From Girardia tigrina (lineage: Eukaryota): a stretch of DNA of 53,681 nucleotides. Shown piece by piece: positions 1 to 13,436 of the stretch. The position numbers and the translations under genes are program-made. The stretch is taken from the NCBI GenBank assembly GCA_001938485.1, contig MQRK01241525.1:1-53681 (forward strand), read 5' to 3'. Positions within the stretch are counted from its first letter, which is position 1. Each line of letters opens with the position of its first letter. Below the pieces are notes generated by a model that did no database searches, was not told the DNA's origin, and saw only the letters and a program-made list of their open reading frames with translations.

Positions 1-270
1 TGATTACCACTTGTTTCGGTCGATGCAGAATCACCTTTCTGGAATACGGTTCACCAATGTTGAAGGTATTAAAAAATTGCTTGATGACTTTCTCGGCGCA
101 AAAGATGAGAAGTTTTTTTCGGATGGAATCCATAAATTGCCTGACAGATGGGAAAAAGTTACCGCTTCCGATGGACAATATTTTGAATAAAATATTTTTT
201 TCACTTTTATACTTAAATAAATGGTTTTTTTAACAAAAAAATATGAAATTAATTAGTTTTACACCCAATA
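1..270 (+). mobile_element. Mariner (Mos1/mauritiana-like) 3' end, cut by the window edge; same family as 22000-23234
   Basis: Frame 2..190 reads DYHLFRSMQNHLSGIRFTNVEGIKKLLDDFLGAKDEKFFSDGIHKLPDRWEKVTASDGQYFE*. Terminal repeat TATGAAATTAATTAGTTTTACACCCAATA at 242-270. Near-identical to the reverse complement of 22000-22270. Confidence 0.93.
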
Positions 271-2275
271 TAATTTAAAATATATATTTCAAAAAAAGAT
301 TTTATAATATAGAACAAAATACCGATAATCATTTTGATTATCTTTTATTTATTGAACCTTAATTATTCATTTTTTAAATTAAACTTTGTTAAATTTATAT
401 TTGAGATTATTTTAAATAATTTTAATAGTAAATATAAATCCTTAATAATACTATTTTTAGATGCAAAACAATATTATTAAATTAAATTTTGTCTTAATTA
501 TCATTAAGTCTTTTGAAAGAAAAACTTTTAAAAATATTACATAATGAAAAATTATTATTAATTATTAATAGTATCATTCAAATTATTTTAACTTGTTCGA
601 AAATTAATAATTAATTTTACTAAATTTTATTAATAAAATTAATTGAATGTAAAAAAGTTATTTTATCTTTCAATTTATTTGACTTAATAAATTTCTCGAA
701 AATATTCTTTTTTTATAATTTTTTAATTAAAAAATACCTTTTTTAATTAATATAATATATTTATTAAACCTTATATATTTGTTTATTTTATATAATTTAA
801 TAGTTTGTTTAAATTCATATATTACAAAAAAAATCAGTTTTTTATGAAAAAAAGTAGAATGATAATGAAAGACTTTTAAATGTTTTATTTAAAAAAAATA
901 GAAAAATAGATATAATTTAGAAAATATAAAAATAACAATCAGTAGAAAAAATAGTTTTCTTTTCAAATTAGCATGAAAAAAATATTTAACTGAAAATTTC
1001 TAATTGAATTTATGTTGAAAGTTAATTAGAAAAAAACTTTCTAAAATTTTAATGGGTGATTTAACTTAATATTTTCAATTAGTTTTCATAAATAATAACT
1101 ATTATTTTTTCATAAATTTTATTTATGATATCAATTTAACTCAGCAGATTACAAACTTTCTACAGCTGAATTTCTTTATTGGACAAAAACTAATTAAAGC
1201 AGTCCTGATCGTAAATAAACAAAAAATATTTTCAGTAAACAATTTTAATATAATAAGAAAAAACTTATTTCAAACGCAAAAAAATATTAAAAAAAATAAT
1301 AAAATTAATTATTAAAATATTTAGTATAGAATTCTCTGAGAAAAGAAGAAAAAAGATTTTTTCAATTAAAACAATTCAATATTATTTCAGTTCACACCAA
1401 ATTAATGAATTGCCAAAAAATGTAAAACTTGTTTTCTGATTTTAGAATATAATTATTTTTTGTGTAAAATAATATGGAAGGAAACGACATTTGAAATACG
1501 TTTTTATAATTGGCAACATTTATTTAATCAGACCGAGTCGTCTGACTTTTTAAGAAAATATGAATAAGAGAGTTTTAGAAAAAATATTTATTCTTTTTTT
1601 TTGTTTATTATATTTCATTCTTTATGGTTTAAGAATGAAATTTTATAAAATATAATTTATATTTATTATTGAATTTATGGGAGTTATCAGCTGCCTTCAT
1701 TATATTTACTGATAATGTTGATAATATTATATTCAATTTTTAGTTTTTGGTTTTATTTTAACATTTTATTTATTTAATAATTTATAAAATTGAAAAGATC
1801 AAAATTGCATTAAAAACAGGTTTTAAAAATTAAATTGCCATAATTGAATATTTTTTATTAATATTTATTCCCTATATTGTAATTTTAAAAAATACTAAAT
1901 ATTTATTTATTGTAATTATAATTAGAATAATAATTATTATTATTAATTAATTTTTTAGAAGCAAAAATAAATTTTTAAATTTTAAAGGATTTTTAAATAA
2001 ATTCGAGAAACATCTGTAAATAAATATTTATTGGGTTGGCTTGAAAATTCTGTCCCAATTTAAATAGAGCATTCGAATCTGCTTTAACAACGTTTATGTA
2101 AATCTTAATTAATAATAAAAATAGACTATTTGATCCAAATCCACTCATTTCTATCTTACAGATAGCTTGATGATCTTCCTAGAATAGAAGTCTTTATTCT
2201 TGATATCAGCAACTGATATGGAGGTATAATCCAAAGAATCTTTTTCTTATATTAGATAAATAAGAATTTCTTAAC

Positions 2276-3420
2276 TAGAGGGTCATTTTCCCAGATGTTT
2301 TTTCAATCCCGGGATTCGAGAATATTAAACATAAAATACCGGGATATTTTCTAAAAGTATCCAAACAGTTATGTTATATGTCTTCATTAGATTTATATGA
2401 AATAAAATTTACTAAAAAACAAGCTTATTAGTAAAATAATACTTTATTTCTTTGCACACAAACATAAGTAGTTTATAATTAAAATGAAAAAATATATATA
2501 ACAGAACCTTAAATAATCCATAACGAAAATAAAATAAAATTTATTGATTAACAACATTTAAAAAAACTTATTTAATAAAAAAATAGTTAAAGAAATACAT
2601 CGCATTCGTAGCTACATTTTATTTTTTTTAAGAAAAAACTTTTTAAAAATCACAGAACATTTAAGGATTTTTCTGTCAAACCAACTCTCTTTTTTGTACA
2701 AAAATTTGAAGAGCTTTAAAAAACGCGCTCGCTTTCAATTGATGAGAGTTGAATGGTTTTTAAAATATCCAATGGCTTCGATAAGTTTTCTGATAAGATA
2801 TTCGTGCTTTCGTAAATAGAAATTTCATTTTTTACTTTAGAATTAAAATCAAGTTTTTTATTTGCTTTTAAGGACACATGATATATCGCAACAGCTAACT
2901 TTTCATTTAAATTAGTGTATTTTTAGGGCTTTCTTCAAGTTCAAGAATATTCTCAGTCTCACAATCAGTCTCAGGTTCAGTTTGAGTAAATATTGTATTC
3001 TTAACTCCTTACAAAATGTTGTTATTTTTATATTGGTTGAGATGGGCAATTCAGGTGTACTTTGTTTCTTCTCTCAGACATTTTTGCTGATATTACTGAT
3101 AAAATCTCTTTGGATAATTCAGTATTTATTTCTTTCAATTCAGTAAAAAAGAAATTTTAAAATTGCATCAACAGTTAATAAATTTGCGTTTCTTTGGTCT
3201 AGCGTTTCCACCGCCAAATTTATGGGTTTTAGAGTGGCCGACAATTTACGAAGCTGTGGTAAAATATCATCAACGCGATAATTTGAATAATTTATCATTC
3301 ATTAATCATTCAAGCCAATTGTTTGATTCATTTTGCCAGTTGACGATGAAAAAGGAGAAGGAGTTTTAAAAATGGCAATAATTCGAATAATAAAAATCCC
3401 GATTCCCGGGAAAATACAAA
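2276..3420 (-). mobile_element. Degenerate, internally deleted hAT transposon
   Basis: Minus strand ~2640-2765 reads KTIQLSSIESERVF*SSSNFCTKK...EKSLNVL*FLK (hAT dimerisation ERxFS motif). Inverted ATTTTCCC/CCCGGGA motifs occur at ~2285-2345 and ~3395-3415. Confidence 0.7.
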
Positions 3421-4839
3421 ATATAATGAGGATTATAAAAAGTTGCTAAATTCCCAAGCAAGCTGATTCAAATTTTGTACCGTCATTAATATAATATGTG
3501 GTTTTGGACTATCTTGATAAAACTTAATTTCTTTTCTGTTTATTAATATTTATTTTGGATTTATATGGATATTTATATGGATTTCCTATGATATATATAT
3601 ATATATATATATAATTTATCAAGTTAGAATAGATATTTGATGCTTAAGTTTGTGGTATACTGGAAATCGTCTATATCACCACAAACAGAACAATTAATGT
3701 CATCACCAACCTTCGATGTCTGGCCATCTTTGGTTTGTCCGTACATTTACTACTTCACCATATACGATGTCTTACAACCCCTTTACCCATTACCATCTTT
3801 TTCTTGGTATTAGGTAACAAAAGTAAAAATCTTAAAACTCTTTATAACTGTTTTTCTAGACCTTGACGTGTAAAATTTATTGAAGTTTATAAAATACGGC
3901 AGAATGTTCCAGGAAACCCAACATAACTAGTAACGCAATGATTGTAAGGTATATTTAAGTGAAATAAAAAATACTTTTATATTGAATTATATATGATCGT
4001 CAATATGTAAAAATGGAATAGGATATAATGTTCTAAACAAAAAAATATTTTAGTATTTAAGTAATATATAAGTTATTAAATATTTAAGTATTAACCGCTC
4101 TAATTATTAATACTTCATACGATAATCTATCATAAAAATTTTTAACATTGCTGAAGATTAATTTATAAATTATTTTTTAATGTAATTATTCAAAGCTTTT
4201 ATATTCAGTAATATTACTACTTCCACTTAATTATCTCTGCTTACAAACCTTTTAATCGTGTACATAAAATTTAGGGTAATTGGTCTAACTTTCAAGTGAC
4301 GGTTCGTCATGTCTGTAAACGGGGTTCACAAGCATGGACATTTAAGTAGTAGTATTAATATAACTGAACATAAAAATTACTGTTAAACTATAGTTGAGAT
4401 AAATTATTTAATGTTACCTATATAAAATTAAATATTTTTTCCCATTCCCGTTCCCGTAATAAATTTTAGTAATGAAACAATTTTAAAAATTATTGGGAAA
4501 GACTATCATGTGAGGCAATAATAATTAAAGTTGTTACTACAACAATTAATGCGAAATCAAGAGACTCATAACTAGGGCGAAATGACCTTACGAAATTTCA
4601 TGACCTTAAACATCAAAACAATAAAAAATAAAAAAAGGTAAAATAATGACAAATAAAAATTTCCCTAATCGTATTAAAATGTGTTGAAACGTATTTATAT
4701 ACAACCAATACACTTGGAAGACGTCTCAAAATAAATGAAATGTCAATAAAATCCGCGCACTACTCATAACTTTATTAAAAGGGTTGGCATGAAGCAGTGA
4801 TTACATAATCGATTATCTAATAGTCATTGGATAAATATA

Positions 4840-5494
4840 TACTGTAAAATCACGAGCATACGCTGCATTGCGTATAAGCTGCTGATAACGTTTTTATGAA
4901 AGTGTTTTTTAGTCATATAAGCTACAGTAAGTATTAGCTACACCATTTGCGTTGATGACACATGATTTTAAAATCAGCAAGCTATCATTAAAAACAAATG
5001 TCACATTGACAATAACTATTTCGAAATTAATAACAGAAGTGGGAGGATTGGTTAATTAAAGATTATGAGAACATCAAACATACTAAATCTGGAAATATGA
5101 AAGCAGCTGACTGGAATATCATTTTCGAATGGATTGTCTCCTCTTGGGAAGAGGTTAACCTTTCCACCATTTAGAATGGTTTTCGTGTTTCATTCGGTGA
5201 AGACGACGATGTTCTTGAAATTGAAGAAAATGAAATGAATGTGAACGAGTCTGATCCAAACATTGCAATTTTTCATGACCTTTTAGAATTACTAGAAAAT
5301 TTCACTTTTATTGACAATGAAAAGTATTATGGTTTTGAGGAGTGTGAAGCTGAAAATTGAAATAAATAAATAATCTTAATATAAAATTTGAATTGCTTTT
5401 TAGTTGTATAAACTGCACATCCTATTAGCTGCAATTCAAAAATGTTGCCTTTATGTACGTATTAACTGCAGCTTATACTCTGGATATTACAGTA
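4840..5494 (+). mobile_element. pogo-family non-autonomous deletion derivative
   Basis: Imperfect terminal inverted repeats TACTGTAAAATCACGAGCATACGCTGCA and (rc) TACTGTAATATCCAGAGTATAAGCTGCA with TA ends. Internal KWEDWLIK..HTKSGNMKAADWNIIFEWIVSSWEEV..TI*NGF resembles a pogo DDE_1 C-terminus followed by an acidic tail. Confidence 0.8.
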
Positions 5495-8297
5495 TATATA
5501 TATATATATATAAGCTTGACAGCTAGTATCAGAAGTGACCTATGATATCGGATATTCCGTCGAAATATATTACAATAAAATGTGTTATCATAAAATCGCA
5601 TTTCTGAATTTTTGAAAAATAACTTGGAATTATTTTTTTTTAATTTAACAGTAAAAGTATTTAATAACGTGTTTTTATATTTATTAAACAAAAATAAATT
5701 TAAATTTATGGATAATTGTAATATGAGAAATTTTCTTTTTTCAAAAAAAATTTATTTCCTTTTTGTAATATATAATATATAATTTGTCTAGAAACTTCTG
5801 GAAATTATACATTTTTTTCTAATTTTATTTAATAAATTTTGGTAATCAAATAATATATTATTATTTTCTCATTAAACTTCTTTTCTTTTGTCACTTGAAA
5901 ATCTTTAAGCAGAAAACTCAATTAACAAACACTTGATTTTTGTTGCGAACTTTAGGCTTAAAAAATGATAATTTCGATTTTATATTTTCGATTTTATTCA
6001 ATTAATGATGTACTTTTTAATGGAATTATGTTTTAAAAAATAAAAAAAGAATGTTTGGAGTTCTAATCCACATTACTTTGCCTCGTGGAAAGTTGATTAT
6101 TTATTTGCATTTTGTTTGTTTTAATGATCCATGTGAATGAAACCCAATTACGTTTTGAGATATTTATTTTTAGAATTATTTTTATTTTATTAATAATTCT
6201 CATTTTCATGATTTCAATTTATTAGAAAATATATATTTATCAGAAAAAAATTATAAAAAAATATATTAATAATTATAAGAAGAAGAAAAAGAAAGAAGAT
6301 CAAAAAGAACAAATTATTTATGATAATATTTTTTATGTAGAAAAAAACAATTAAAAATTTTCGATTTAAAATAATATTAAACAAAATTGATAATAAATTA
6401 ATTTCGTAACCAACTTTTCTGAAAAATATTTTTTATTAATAATTTAAACGAAACATTTATTAAACATTTCGAAAAAAAGATAATGTTTATTTATAGAAAA
6501 AAAAATAAAAAATTCCTTTAAAAGAATAATATTAAAGTACATGAAAATTAATTAAATATTTTCTACCGACAAATAAAAAAATCGTTAAAACAATATTTTT
6601 ACAAAAATTATAAATTTGATAAAATTAAAATCAAAATATTTGACTGATATTTTTTTAACTGATTTATTTTAATATCTATAAATTTATTACTAATTAAATA
6701 ACAAAATTCAAATAAAATATTTGAAAAGAAAAAAACCTAACTAATTTCGAAAACTTCATGGTCAATCTCAATGAATAATTAGTTAACATTTTATTTTATT
6801 TATATTATATTTTTATATTTTCCCTTTGAACATTAATGGGAAGATTTACTTTTTTTCTTATATTAAATAATTTTATTAAATAAATATTAGAAAAAGGGCA
6901 CCATTTTCTTGTTTGATTACTGTGTATTTTTAATAATCAATTTTTAATCCATATCTCCTGGCCAATACGATATTTAATTATTCGTTTTAATGGACATACA
7001 GTCCCAGTCGACGGGGATGTAAATAAGAACGGGGAGATAAATATAAACGTGGAGATTGAACTGTCATAGGTCAATTGCAGATGCATTCATCATCAATGTC
7101 AATTAGAAGCTGGGGAAGTTATGATAAACAGTGTTGAACGTATTTGTTTTATTATTTACCATTTCGTCACAATTTTGTTTTGTTAAAAGACTGAAACAAA
7201 ATTGAAATTTTCAATTTTTAAAATTGTGCAATTAAAACAAAATTGCAATTAATTGATTAAAAAAAATTTTTTTTGTCATTATATAAAGACAAAAAAGAAA
7301 ATCAAAGAGATTAATATTTTTTATTAATAACTTTCTTTTTTTTCTTTATAAATTGAATTTTTATATGATTTCATTTAGAAAAATATTTTTGTATTTATAT
7401 TTTTATAGAATTTATTTTATATTTATTTAATCATGAATTGTAATAATTATTACTATAAATAAATTTTTTTATAATAATAAAAAATAGATTTTTAAATTTA
7501 ATTATTATAATTAATGTGTTAAATAAATCATTTTTTAAAATAAAATTGTGTTTCAAAATGAAACATTGAAAAATAAAAAAATAATAACAATGATTTTATT
7601 TAAACAAAAATGTTTTATTATCTAATCAATATGGTGTATAATAATTATAAAAAAAATATTATTTTATTCGGATGATACTTAATTTAAAATAATATTTTTA
7701 ATTAAATGTTGACATATTTAAGTGAATTATGATTTTAAATGTCAGTCAGAAATAATATGATCAAGTCTTGATCCCATAGATCATAATTTTCGGAAATAAT
7801 CTCAATATCTTCAGACTTTTTAAAGTGATCTTCAACTAATCTTTCTAATAATTATATAAAAATAAATTTTAAAAAATCCTAATCGCTACAAGAAAATTTA
7901 GTAATTTTGAATTATTATTATTTAATTATATCGTTTCGAATATCCAAATTAATATCTTTAAATAATTTTTATCAAAAGAAAAAAGTAAATTAAAAGCCTA
8001 AATCAATCAGAAAAAGAACTTTTTAAAGGAAAGATGGTCTTATTTATATTATATTATCGTATTATAATATTATTATATTACCGTATAAACTCGAATATAA
8101 GCCGACTCCCTGAAACTTCTTTAAAATGGTCATTTTTTTCAAAAACCCGTATATAAGCCGACCATCAACTTGTTTAATTTTACTCCATAGTGAATCAACA
8201 GATTTGGTCCCTATTGTCACATTTTGTTAATTGAGTATCTTTGGTTCATAGAAATTTGTTACTGTAAACATGTAAAATGCTTACTTTATGTTACATT

Positions 8298-9348
8298 CTA
8301 GAAGAAAAATATTTCAAAAAAGCTTTTGACAGGGTATGACATGAAGCACTTAGGGACACTATGAATAAACCCAACATAAGAAAACATATTACGAAAATTA
8401 TTAAGATCCTATACGAAGACCCAAAGACAAAAGTGTTGACAAGTGAACAATTTAGCGACTGATTTAAATCATCAATATGAATAAGATAAGGTTGCATTCC
8501 TTCACAAACACTGTTCAACATTTTCCTTGATAGAATTGTTATTGAAGTAATAGACGATCTAGACGATGTTGGAATAAGTTGCGGAGGAACAAGAATAACC
8601 AACCTACAATTTGCTGACGACATAGATCTAATGGATAAAGATGAGGCAGAGATCCAAGAGCTTGCAAATAGATTACACAAGGCATCAAAGAAATTTGGCA
8701 TGTAAATTAACAGACAAAAAGTAAAATAATTGTTTCAAGAAACCATAACAACGAGGTTAAACTGGAGATCGATATTGAAGAGGAGAAGCTAAAACAAGTT
8801 AAGAGTTTCAAATATTTACGCTCTTCTATCACAGAGAATGGGAGAAGTGAAGAAGAAATCAGAAGCCGAATTGGTATTGCGACAACTGCAATGATTAAGC
8901 TTAGCACAGTTTTTAACCTTAAAGAAATCCATCTCAAGAGCAGAATAAAGAACAATAAGGCTATTGTGAGGGCAACACTGCTCTATGGATGCGAGAGTTG
9001 AACAATAAATCAGAAGAGCATGGATAGACTTAAAGTATTTGAAATGAAGTGCTACTAGGTAAAAGACCGGAATCAATAGAAGAGACCATCAAGAGATGGA
9101 AGCTGAAATTCTACGGACATCAAATAAGAAAACAATTACTAGCAAAGGTTATGATTGAGGAAAGAGTGGAAGGAGAAAGACCAAGAGGAAGATCAAAGAG
9201 CCAATGGATAGACGATTTAAAAGAATGGAGTGAAATTGAGTATGGAAATTCTGAGAAAAGAGGCTACAAATAGAGAGATGTGGTGAAGGCATGTGCATAA
9301 TTGGGTGCACCCGTGGTCCAACGGCTAATGTCAAAAAGAAGAAGAAGA
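8298..9348 (+). mobile_element. 5'-truncated RTE-clade LINE (decayed reverse transcriptase)
   Basis: FKKAFDRV*H, IR*GCIPSQTLFNIFLD, GGTRITNLQFADDIDL, KLKFYGH..EGERPRGRSKSQWIDDLKEW. Ends in an (AAG)n tail. Many stops and frameshifts. Confidence 0.9.
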
Positions 9349-9670
9349 CATATAAGTAATTATACATTTTTATATGAATAAAGAAGAAATGCTTTTTGTT
9401 TTCTATTTATTCACAAACGCTATAACATTTCTGTTTACAATTCAATGTAATTTTCTTAATAATAAGAAACCTGGTTGAAATAATTTACATCTTGATCGAA
9501 CTTAAGCAGAATTAATTAAAGAAACATGTTTTTTTTAAAAATAAATTAAATAAAGTAATTAATTAGAAATTTTAGTTAAGTTAAAAATTTAAGTAAAATC
9601 AAAATTTAAATTTCTATTGTAAATAAATACTTCCAAGAAAACACAAATTTTAGTATGAAGAAAAAATATG

Positions 9671-9674
<4 letters not shown>

Positions 9675-9717
<43 letters not shown>

Positions 9718-9786
9718 GTACGTGTATATATAATTTNNNNNNNNNNNNNNNNNNNNNNNNNNNNNNNNNNNNNNNNNNNNNNNNNN

Positions 9787-9823
<37 letters not shown>

Positions 9824-9843
9824 GTACGTGTATATATAATTTA
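9675..9843. repeat. (TA)n microsatellite around an N-gap
   Basis: Seen directly. Other (TA)n tracts occur at ~3591, 17878, 34866-35082, 50368 and 53642. Confidence 0.9.
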
Positions 9844-10087
9844 TATAATGAAAAAAGTTGTTTATGTTTAAATAATAGCGGAATCACCGCACAATGTTTT
9901 AAAAAAATAAAAGTTTAGTTCGAATTTCATGTCTTTGATCAAATTGAAAATCGTGAATAATAATATTACAGTTTTATTGAGTTTGAAAACCAATCTTTCG
10001 GTCTTCAATTTGAAAGAAAAGATTTTCAATTTGGAANNNNNNNNNNNNNNNNNNNNNNNNNNNNNNNNNNNNNNNNNNNNNNNNNNA

Positions 10088-10492
10088 ATGAAATGCAATT
10101 GGATCTATGTGAAAAAATATCAATTAGTGGAGAATGAGAAACATTTGGATTTCTATAAATTCGATGATTTCGATGAAATCATTCTCTCCATACCAAACCG
10201 TCCTTTAAATACGGAGATTCAACAAATTACTGACAGTAAAATCGTGCGATATATCGCGAGAATTGTGCGCGCCTTGTCGACGATTGTCCGCGAAGAAAGT
10301 GACTTGTCGAGTCTTTTCAATTTGTCCGGGGTTATTTCAAATATGTTGGACAGTGACGAAAGAGAACGAGAAAAAGTCCTCTTGAGGACTAAAATTATTG
10401 ATTGGATGCGCAGCGCGACACCAAAACCTTTAAACTCATTGTCACTACCTTGTGTTCATTTTGTTTTATGCGCATATAAGCCGACCCCCTGA
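10088..10492 (+). CDS. Orphan CpG-rich ORF, 134 aa after an N-gap, unknown product
   Basis: Stop-free MKCNWIYVKK...KIIDWMRSA in AT-rich DNA, with composition unlike its flanks. The last codons run into the pogo subterminal repeat. Confidence 0.35.
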   Translation: MKCNWIYVKKYQLVENEKHLDFYKFDDFDEIILSIPNRPLNTEIQQITDSKIVRYIARIVRALSTIVREESDLSSLFNLSGVISNMLDSDEREREKVLLRTKIIDWMRSATPKPLNSLSLPCVHFVLCAYKPTP

Positions 10493-11296
10493 TTTCAGTA
10501 TTGTATTTTATAGTTCTAAATTCAACTTATATGCGAGCATATACGGTATATTTATCATATTATTTTCTAAGATAATAGCCTTTTGTTTGTTGGAAAGTAA
10601 ATTTGTAAAGGAATTACTTTTATTTAGTTATGAAAGACATTTCTTTCTCTTTCAAAACATTTAAAGGTTTTGTACGGCGAAAGGAAAGAATCAAGAATTA
10701 AAATAACTATAAAGTACATTTTATGGCACAAAAGAAAAACTAATTATTCTCTAATGGTAAAACGATAAAATTAAATATGAAAATTTGAATAAATTATATC
10801 TTGGACTGCAATGTTGGGAAAAAATTTAATTGAAAATTTATTTCTGAATTGTAATTTTGCCCCGGGTATTAATTTGTCTGGTTACAGTCTTGACTAAATA
10901 TAACGAATTTAATCTTCTCGTAAGTAAAAAATTTTTGCGAAAGAATTTTCATTTATTTAAACAACTCAAAAGTTTCTTAATTTCAAATTTATTATGTTTT
11001 CTTTTCGGTTTTTTTAATTAATTTTTGAATTTTTTTTTCGATTAAAACAGCATTATTGAAAACGTTAATTTGATTTAATCAAATGAAAATTTCAGAATTG
11101 AATGATAAAACTGGTAGAATAAAAAGAAATCCTTCTGTTGAATATGTCATTTACATGTACTGTATGAATTAAACTTAACAACATCAACATGAGGTTTACA
11201 ACATTTATTAATATCACAAGCGCATTCACTATTTGACATCTCTCTTGATCAATATTTTTCTGAGTTTAAACTAATTATTTTCAATAAATGAAAATC

Positions 11297-12000
11297 TGTT
11301 AATAAAAATTATTAATTATAAAGAATTTAATTGGTTGAAATTAAATCTAAACATTTTTATAAAAGAACATATTAAATTAATATATTAAAATTTTAAATTA
11401 CATTAAAAAATAAATAATACATTCAAAAATTATTTTAAATCTTTTTACTTTAAAATTAAATTAAATTATTTTTAATTAGTAAGAATCAATCATCCCCCTC
11501 GGTTTAAATGGCTTTAGCCATACAACATTTCTAGTCAAAGTTCTACCATCTTCGAGCTGTAACTCGTAACTCCTTTCGTGATTTCGTTTCAACACCTTTG
11601 CCGGACCCATGTAACGGTCATCTTCTTTTGATATATTTTCTTTTTTTATCAACACTCTGTCTCCAACTTCAAAAACTCTTCTTGTCTCCACATTTTATTC
11701 GACATTAACTTGGTTTCCGTTAGTTTCTTTATTGTTCTTCCACCAATGTCTTAATCGTCTCCAAATATTATTTCAGCCGGTGAAACACCTGTCGTAGCTT
11801 GAACTGTACTATTCAGCATAAATTATATTTCCGACAAAACTTCTGTTCAATTTCTGTGGTTTCCGTCCTTCATTCTAATATTTATAGCATCTCTGATTGT
11901 TCGAAATTGTCTTTCCACTATCCCATTTGTATTATGATGATATGGACTTGAATAGATTATCTCGACTTTGAACATTTTAACTGTATCTTTGAACAACCTA
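11297..12000 (-). mobile_element. Gypsy LTR retrotransposon 3' fragment (integrase tail, polypurine tract, putative LTR)
   Basis: SSPYHHNTNGIVERQFRTIRD and FEVGDRVLIK..RYMGPAKV (GPY/F-like). Polypurine tract GAGGGGGA at 11493-11500, then a putative AT-rich TG..CA LTR at 11297-11492 whose boundary is inferred. Confidence 0.85.
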
Positions 12001-12013
12001 TATTTGTATAAAA

Positions 12014-12780
12014 CCGGGTGTCCAAAAAGCATGTATCCCCTTTCCAAGCTAAAGAACCACGAATAATTAACACACATTATATAACTTTGATTATCATTCA
12101 CAGCCTAATTTACATTTTTAAAAATGGCTGCACTTTAGGATTTTTTTGAAAGAAGAAAGATTTTTTTGTTTGTATGAAGTGCTCGAAAGCGTTAGCAAAG
12201 TGAAAAAATATTTGTTGAAATGTTTCATCGTAAACCACCTACACGGCATTCACTTCATAGAATGCATCAAAACATTTTTGAAAGTGGAAGCATTGAAGAT
12301 ACAGACAAAAGTGGTGGTCTTCGCAATTCTGTTAGAGCCGAAAACTGCGCTATCGTTAAACATGAATATACTGAGAATAGGCATTTATCGTTAAGGCAAG
12401 CTGAAACTGTCATTGAATTTACCAATTCGTGCATTCATAAAATCTTGAAAATAAATTTCAAATGGAAAGCATACAAATTACTGATGGCGCTTGACGCTGG
12501 GATATTAGAGTTGTGAAATATTACTACAAATGCATATTGCGGATCTAAAATTCCTTTCCAACAGACGATTGTCAAATAAGTCAACGTGTCATGTATCTGG
12601 TGTTGTAAATCACCAAAGATTATCATATATTTGCAAAAAGAAAATCCCACAGAATTCAAGAAATTGATGCGTGATTTTTCGAAGGTTAGACGTTTAGACG
12701 TTTATTTTTAACAACTGTGTTATTAAGCCTCAAGTTTTTAATGACAATGTAACGGCTAACAATTATCTACAAATTTTAGA
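12014..12780 (+). mobile_element. DD41D/rosa-like Tc1-mariner remnant
   Basis: End CCGGGTGTCC. HTH-like FHRKPPTRHSLHRMHQNIFESGSIED...LSLRQA...IHKILKINFKWKAYKL, frameshifted. Confidence 0.7.
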
Positions 12781-13436
12781 CACATCCCCACGTCCAAACC
12801 TAAAACAACTCTTATGACATTTATTTCCAACGTCACTTAACTCTTTATCACTTTGACATTTTACATTTAGACATTTTATCACTTGGACATTTGATCACTT
12901 ATTTTTGAAGACTTTATCATTTGACACTTTATCACTTATAATTTCTTATAAAAATAAATTTTTTATAATTAAAAAAATTGAAAAATACAAGTTTTTATAA
13001 ACATTTAAGTATTTTAGACTACAGAAATAAAATGATTTTAAAATAAAATTAAAGAAGAATAATATTTATCAAATATATAATTTATAATCAAATGTTTGAC
13101 ACATGAACAATGCGAAATAAATAGATTAGAATTCCACAAGAATTATAGCGTTCAAATATAGCCTTCTTTACTTTTTCTTTCAAGATTCTCTATATTCTTG
13201 ATGTTGGAATTTCTGTACCTGAAATTCACTGAAAAAACAGATTTTTGAATTTTTATATACTTTTCAAATTCTAACATAAATTTTTACAATGTTGTATGAC
13301 GACATTGAAACAATACTTGTGATCCATTATGTCATCCTGTATAATTGAAAATAAATTTGACATTTGATCACTTAGTCACTATCACTGGGAAACTGTATCA
13401 CTTTGACATTTTTACTTGAAACTTTATCACTTAGAC
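12779..13436 (-). mobile_element. MULE (Mutator-like) remnant with ~15-bp tandem subterminal repeats
   Basis: GACATTT(T/G)ATCACTT repeat arrays at 12840-12940 and 13355-13435. Minus strand G*HNGSQVLFQCRHTTL*KF matches the MULE GWH..HPT.WKF motif. Confidence 0.6.

Larger units (their letters stand above)
8079..10548. mobile_element. pogo/Tc2-type terminal-repeat pair enclosing a nested LINE, microsatellites, gaps and an orphan ORF
   Basis: Left end TACCGTATAAACTCGAATATAAG, right end (rc) TACCGTATATGCTCGCATATAAG. Subterminal TATAAGCCGACC at ~8151 and ~10475. The span crosses two N-gaps, so its continuity is uncertain. Confidence 0.7.

Noticed and set aside
2029-2060. Mariner-like terminus TATTGGGTTGGC
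   Set aside because: I found no partner end or transposase remnant.
8291-9367. Minus-strand ORFs of 72-136 aa
   Set aside because: They are antisense shadows of the RTE LINE.
9606-9918. YI-repeat ORFs and the duplicated AATGTACGTGTATATATAATTT either side of the gap
   Set aside because: These are translated (TA)n, and the duplication is probably overlapping contig ends.
9900-10036. Possible TAA/TAG-to-Gln alternative genetic code
   Set aside because: It is too short. The stops are explained by mutational decay, and intact ORFs use TAA as a stop.
12840-13435. Short repeated units resembling a CRISPR or iteron array
   Set aside because: There are no unique spacers or cas genes. They fit MULE subterminal repeats in a eukaryote.
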